Assembly (NCBI GenBank): GCA_040954595.2
Contig: CM082587.2
Location: 9,615,403 to 9,679,402, forward strand
Direction: 5' to 3'
DNA length: 64,000 bases
Origin: Balanoglossus misakiensis
Lineage: Eukaryota > Animalia > Hemichordata
This document shows, piece after piece, positions 57,701-64,000 of the stretch (within the stretch, counting starts at the first letter, position 1; every line of letters begins with the position of its first letter). Under the pieces are notes generated by a model. The model searched no databases, was not told the origin of the DNA, and saw only the letters and a list, made by a program, of their open reading frames with translations. The position numbers and the translations under genes are program-made.

Positions 57701-60700
57701 TTCATAAGCGGTCTTACCCGTCATTGGCACAAACAGTCTCAGGAAGTAAGCTTTCAGCCTACCAATGTAGCTATTGTATTTTACACTTTTTGTAAGTGAA
57801 GCCTGACTGTCGCCTCTCTTAGGTCACCACTTCATAAGCGGTCTTACCGTCATTGGCACAAACAGTCTCAGGAAGTAAGCTTTCAGCCTACCAATGTAGC
57901 TATTGTATTTTCCACTTTTTGTAAGTGAAGCCTGACTGTCGCCTGTCTTAGGTCACCACTTCATAAGCGGTCTTACCCGTCATTGGCACAAACAGTCTCA
58001 GGAAGAAAGCTTTCAGCCTACCAATGTAGCTATTGTATTTTTCACTTTCTGTAAGTGAAGCCTGACTGTCGCCTGTCTCAGGTCACCACTTCATAAGCGG
58101 TCTTACCCGTCATTGGCACAAACAGTCTCAGGAAGTAAGCTTTCAGCCTACCAAACAGTCTCTGGAAGTAAGCTTTCAGCCTACCAATGTAGCTATTGTA
58201 TTTTCCACTTTTTGTAAGTGAAGCCTGACTGTCGCCTGTCTTAGGTCACCACTTCATAAGCGGTCTTATCCGTCATTGGCACAAACAGTCTCAGGAAGTA
58301 AGCTTTCAGCCTACCAATGTAGCTATAGAATTTTCCACTTTTTGTAAGTGAAGCCTGACTGTCGCCTGTCTTAGGTCACCACTTCATAAGCGGTCTTACC
58401 CGTCATTGGCACAAACAGTCTCAGGATTTAAGCTTTCAGCCTACCAATGTAGCTATTGTATTTTCCACTTTTTGTAAGTGAAGCCTGACTGTCACGTGTC
58501 TTAGGTCACCACTTCATAAGCGGTCTTACCCGTCATTGGCACAAACAGTCTCAGGAAGTAAGCTTTCAGCCTACCAATGTAGCTATTGTATTTTCCACTT
58601 TTTGTAAGTGAAGCCTGACTGTCGCCTGTCTTAGGTCACCACTTCATAATCGGTCTTACCCGTCATTGGCACAAACAGTCTCAGGAAGTAAGCTTTCAGC
58701 CTACCAATGTAGCTATTATATTTTCCGCTTTTTGTAAGTGAAGCCTGACTGTCGCCTGTCTTAGGTCACCACTTCGTAAGCGGTCTTACCGTCATTGGCA
58801 CAAACAGTCTCAGGAAGTAAGCTTTCAGCCTACCAATGTAGCTATTGTATTTTCCACTTTTTGTAAGTGAAGCCTGACTGTCGCCTGTCTTAGGTCACCA
58901 CTTCACAAGCGGTCTTACCCGTCATTGGCACAAAGAGTCTCAGAAAGTAAGCTTTCAGCCTACCAATGTAGCTATTGTATTTTCCACTTTTTGTAAGTGA
59001 AGCCTGACTGTCGCCTGTCTTAGGTCACCACTTCATAAGCGGTCTTACCCGTCATTGGCACAAACAGTCTCAGGAAGTAAGCTTTCAGCCTACCAATGTA
59101 GCTATTGTATTTTCCACTTTTTGTAAGTGAAGCCTGACTGTCGCCTGTCTTAGGTCACCACTTCATAAGCGGTCTTACCCGTCATTGGCACAAACAGTCT
59201 CAGGAAGTAAGCTTTCAGCCTACCAATGTAGCTATTGTATTTTCCACTTTTTGTAAGTGAAGCCTGACTGTCGCCTGTCTTAGGTCACCACTTCATAAGC
59301 GGTCTTACCCGTCATTGGCACAAACAGTCTCAGGAAGTAAGCTTTCAGCCTACCAATGTAGCTATTGTATTTTCCACTTTTTGTAAGTGAAGCCTAACTG
59401 TCGCCTGTCTTAGGTCACCACTTCATAAGCGGTCTTACCCGTCATTGGCACAAACAGTCTCAGGAAGTAAGCTTTCAGCCTACCAATGTAGCTATTGTAT
59501 TTTCCACTTTTTGTAAGTGAAGCCTGACTGTCGCCTCTCTTAGGTCACCACTTCATAAGCGGTCTTACCGTCATTGGCACAAACAGTCTCAGGAAGTAAG
59601 CTTTCAGCCTACCAATGTAGCTATTGTATTTTCCACTTTTTGTAAGTGAAGTCTGACTGTCGCCTGTCTTAGGTCACCACTTCATAAGCGGTCTTACCCG
59701 TCATTGGCACAAACAGTCTCAGGAAGAAAGCTTTCAGCCTACCAATGTAGCTATTGTATTTTTCACTTTTTGTAAGTGAAGCCTGACTGTCGCCTGTCTC
59801 AGGTCACCACTTCATAAGCGGTCTTACCCGTCATTGGCACAAACAGTCTCAGGAAGTAAGCTTTCAGCCTACCAAACAGTCTCTGGAAGTAAGCTTTCAG
59901 CCTACCAATGTAGCTATTGTATTTTCCACTTTTTGTAAGTGAAGCCTGACTGTCGCCTGTCTTAGGTCACCACTTCATAAGCGGTCTTACCCGTCATTGG
60001 CACAAACAGTCTCAGGAAGTAAGCTTTCAGCCTACCAATGTAGCTATAGAATTTTCCACTTTTTGTAAGTGAAGCCTGACTGTCGCCTGTCTTAGGTCAC
60101 CACTTCATAAGCGGTCTTACCCGTCATTGGCACAAACAGTCTCAGGATTTAAGCTTTCAGCCTACCAATGTAGCTATTGTATTTTCCACTTTTTGTAAGT
60201 GAAGCCTGACTGTCGCCTGTCTTAGGTCACCACTTCATAAGCGGTCTTACCCGTCATTGGCACAAACAGTCTCAGGAAGTAAGCTTTCAGCCTACCAATG
60301 TAGCTATTGTATTTTCCTCTTTCTGTAAGTGAAGGCTGACTGTCGCCTGTCTTAGGTCACCACTTCATAAGCGGTCTTACCCGTCATTGGCACAAACAGT
60401 CTCAGGAAGTAAGCTTTCAGCCTACCAATGTAGCTATTATATTTTCCACTTTTTGTTAGTGAAGCCTGACTGTCGCCTGTCTTAGGTCATCACTTCGTAA
60501 GCGGTCTTACCTGTCATTGGCACAAACAGTCTCAGGAAGTAAGCTTTCAGCCTACCAATGTAGCTATTGTATTTTCCACTTTTTGTAAGTGAAGCCTGAC
60601 TGTCGCCTGTCTTAGGTCACCACTTCATAAGCGGTCTTACCCGTCATTGGCACAAACAGTCTCAGGAAGTAAGCTTTCAGCCTACCAATGTAGCTATTAT

Positions 60701-63700
60701 ATTTTCCACTTTTTGTAAGTGAAGCCTGACTGTCGCCTTTCTTAGGTCACCACTTCATAAGCGGTCTTACCCGTCATTGGCACAAACAGTCTCAGGAAGT
60801 AAGCTTTCAGCCTACCAATGAAGCTATTGTATTTTCCACTTTTTGTAAGTGAAGCCTGACTGTCGCCTGTCTTAGGTCACCACTTCATAAGCGGTCTTAC
60901 CCGTCATTGGCACAAACAGTCTCAGGAAGTAAGCTTTCAGCCTACCAATGTAGCTATTGTATTTTCCACTTTTTGTAAGTGAAGCCTGACTGTCGCCTGT
61001 CTTAGGTCACCACTTCATAAGCGGTCTTACCCGTCATTGGCACAAACAGTCTCAGGAAGTAAGCTTTCAGCCTACCAATGTAGCTATTGTATTTTCCACT
61101 TTTTGTAAGTGAAGCCTGACTGTCGCCTCTCTTAGGTCACCACTTCATAAGCGGTCTTACCCGTCATTGGCACGAACAGTCTCAGGAAGTAAGCTTTCAG
61201 CCTACCAAACAGTCTCTGGAAGTAAGCTTTCAGCCTACCAATGTAGCTATTATATTTTCCACTTTTTGTAAGTGAAGCCTGACTGTCGCCTGTCTTAGGT
61301 CATCACTTCGTAAGCGGTCTTACCTGTCATTGGCACAAACAGTTTAGGAAGTAAGCTTTCAGCCTACCAATGTAGCTATTGTATTTTCCACTTTTTGTAA
61401 GTGAAGCCTGACTGTCGCCTGTCTTAGGTCACCACTTCATAAGCGGCCTTACCCGTCATTGGCACAAACAGTCTCAGGAAGTAAGCTTTCAGCCTACCAA
61501 TGTAGCTTTTGTATTTTCCACTTTTTTTAAGTGAAGCCTGACTGTCGCCTCTCTTAGGTCACCACTTCATAAGCGGTCTTACCCGTCATTGGCACGAACA
61601 GTCTCAGGAAGTAAGCTTTCAGCCTACCAATGTAGCTATTGTATTTTCCACTTTTTGTAAGTGAAGCCTGACTGTCGCCTGTCTTAGGTCACCACTTCAT
61701 AAGCGGTCTTACCCGTCATTGGCACAAACAGTCTCAGGAAGTAAGCTTTCAGCCTACCAATGTAGCTATTGTATTTTCCACTTTTTGTAAGTGAAGCCTA
61801 ACTGTCGCCTGTCTTTGGTCACCACTTCATAAGCGGTCTTACCCGTCATTGGCACAAACAGTCTCAGGAAGTAAGCTTTCAGCCTACCAATGTAGCTATT
61901 GTATTTTCCACTTTTTGTAAGTGAAGCCTGACTGTCGCCTCTCTTAGGTCACCACTTCATAAGCGGTCTTACCGTCATTGGCACAAACAGTCTCAGGAAG
62001 TAAGCTTTCAGCCTACCAATGTAGCTATTGTATTTTCCACTTTTTGTAAGTGAAGTCTGACTGTCGCCTGTCTTAGGTCACCACTTCATAAGCGGTCTTA
62101 CCCGTCATTGGCACAAACAGTCTCAGGAAGAAAGCTTTCAGCCTACCAATGTAGCTATTGTATTTTTCACTTTTTGTAAGTGAAGCCTGACTGTCGCCTG
62201 TCTCAGGTCACCACTTCATAAGCGGTCTTACCCGTCATTGGCACAAACAGTCTCAGGAAGTAAGCTTTCAGCCTACCAAACAGTCTCTGGAAGTAAGCTT
62301 TCAGCCTACCAATGTAGCTATTGTATTTTCCACTTTTTGTAAGTGAAGCCTGACTGTCGCCTGTCTTAGGTCACCACTTCATAAGCGGTCTTACCCGTCA
62401 TTGGCACAAACAGTCTCAGGAAGTAAGCTTTCAGCCTACCAATGTAGCTATAGAATTTTCCACTTTTTGTAAGTGAAGCCTGACTGTCGCCTGTCTTAGG
62501 TCACCACTTCATAAGCGGTCTTACCCGTCATTGGCACAAACAGTCTCAGGATTTAAGCTTTCAGCCTACCAATGTAGCTATTGTATTTTCCACTTTTTGT
62601 AAGTGAAGCCTGACTGTCGCCTGTCTTAGGTCACCACTTCATAAGCGGTCTTACCCGTCATTGGCACAAACAGTCTCAGGAAGTAAGCTTTCAGCCTACC
62701 AATGTAGCTATTGTATTTTCCTCTTTTTGTAAGTGAAGGCTGACTGTCGCCTGTCTTAGGTCACCACTTCATAAGCGGTCTTACCCGTCATTGGCACAAA
62801 CAGTCTCAGGAAGTAAGCTTTCAGCCTACCAATGTAGCTATTATATTTTCCACTTTTTGTTAGTGAAGCCTGACTGTCGCCTGTCTTAGGTCATCACTTC
62901 GTAAGCGGTCTTACATGTCATTGGCACAAACAGTCTCAGGAAGTAAGCTTTCAGCCTACCAATGTAGCTATTGTATTTTCCACTTTTTGTAAGTGAAGCC
63001 TGACTGTCGCCTGTCTTAGGTCACCACTTCATAAGCGGTCTTACCCGTCATTGGCACAAACAGTCTCAGGAAGTAAGTTTTCAGCCTACCAATGTAGCTA
63101 TTATATTTTCCACTTTTTGTAAGTGAAGCCTGACTGTCGCCTTTCTTAGGTCACCACTTCATAAGCGGTCTTACCCGTCATTGGCACAAACAGTCTCAGG
63201 AAGTAAGCTTTCAGCCTACCAATGAAGCTATTGTATTTTCCACTTTTTGTAAGTGAAGCCTGACTGTCGCCTGTCTTAGGTCACCACTTCATAAGCGGTC
63301 TTACCCGTCATTGGCACAAACAGTCTCAGGAAGTAAGCTTTCAGCCTACCAATGTAGCTATTGTATTTTCCACTTTTTGTAAGTGAAGCCTGACTGTCGC
63401 CTGTCTTAGGTCACCACTTCATAAGCGGTCTTACCCGTCATTGGCACAAACAGTCTCAGGAAGTAAGCTTTCAGCCTACCAATGTAGCTATTGTATTTTC
63501 CACTTTTTGTAAGTGAAGCCTGACTGTCGCCTCTCTTAGGTCACCACTTCATAAGCGGTCTTACCCGTCATTGGCACGAACAGTCTCAGGAAGTAAGCTT
63601 TCAGCCTACCAAACAGTTTCTGGAAGTAAGCTTTCAGCCTACCAATGTAGCTATTATATTTTCCACTTTTTGTAAGTGAAGCCTGACTGTCGCCTGTCTT

Positions 63701-64000
63701 AGGTCATCACTTCGTAAGCGGTCTTACCTGTCATTGGCACAAACAGTCTCAGGAAGTAAGCTTTCAGCCTACCAATGTAGCTATTGTATTTTCCACTTTT
63801 TGTAAGTGAAGCCTGACTGTCGCCTGTCTTAGGTCACCACTTCATAAGCGGCCTTACCCGTCATTGGCACAAACAGTCTCAGGAAGTAAGCTTTCAGCCT
63901 ACCAATGTAGCTATTGTATTTTCCACTTTTTGTAAGTGAAGCCTGACTGTCGCCTCTCTTAGGTCACCACTTCATAAGCGGTCTTACCCGTCATTGGCAC
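18793..64000. repeat. 130-bp satellite array, main segment (about 340 monomers, runs off the window), with 163-bp variants and local higher-order repeats; candidate centromeric/pericentromeric satellite
   Basis: Continuous head-to-tail monomers in one orientation with no non-satellite sequence seen. Centromeric role is inference from length, homogeneity and higher-order structure only. Confidence 0.99.

Noticed and set aside
18793-64000. CRISPR array or array of guide-like RNAs
   Set aside because: Whole monomers are repeated with no unique spacers, there are no cas genes, and the context is eukaryotic.

Overview
This is eukaryotic (probably animal) satellite DNA with no host genes. About 50 kb is one uninterrupted-orientation tandem array of a highly homogeneous 130-bp monomer containing a HindIII site. 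The array also has a recurrent 163-bp variant (33-bp internal duplication) and a patchwork of local higher-order repeats, an architecture typical of centromeric or pericentromeric satellite (inference). Two young full-length Ty3/Gypsy LTR retrotransposons of different lineages are inserted 2.6 kb apart, both on the minus strand. Element 1 (2059-11357) has 1372-bp LTRs differing at about 4 positions, a TAAG target-site duplication (TSD), a PNMA-like Gag with three CCHC knuckles and PR-RT-RH-IN, with one in-frame TGA before the integrase. Element 2 (13974-18792) is Mag-like, with 168-bp LTRs differing at 1 position, a GTCAC TSD, a tRNA-Ser(GCU) primer-binding site (PBS), and one frameshift at the RT/RNase H junction. 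The most interesting leads are three. (1) Both integrases end in a tail that aligns by eye with the CENP-C nucleosome-binding motif, a possible centromere-targeting mimic. (2) The element 1 integrase tail contains tandem RFX X-box motifs. (3) Element 1 has a degenerate dUTPase-like segment and a candidate PBS-removing intron. All comparisons were done by eye; no searches were run.
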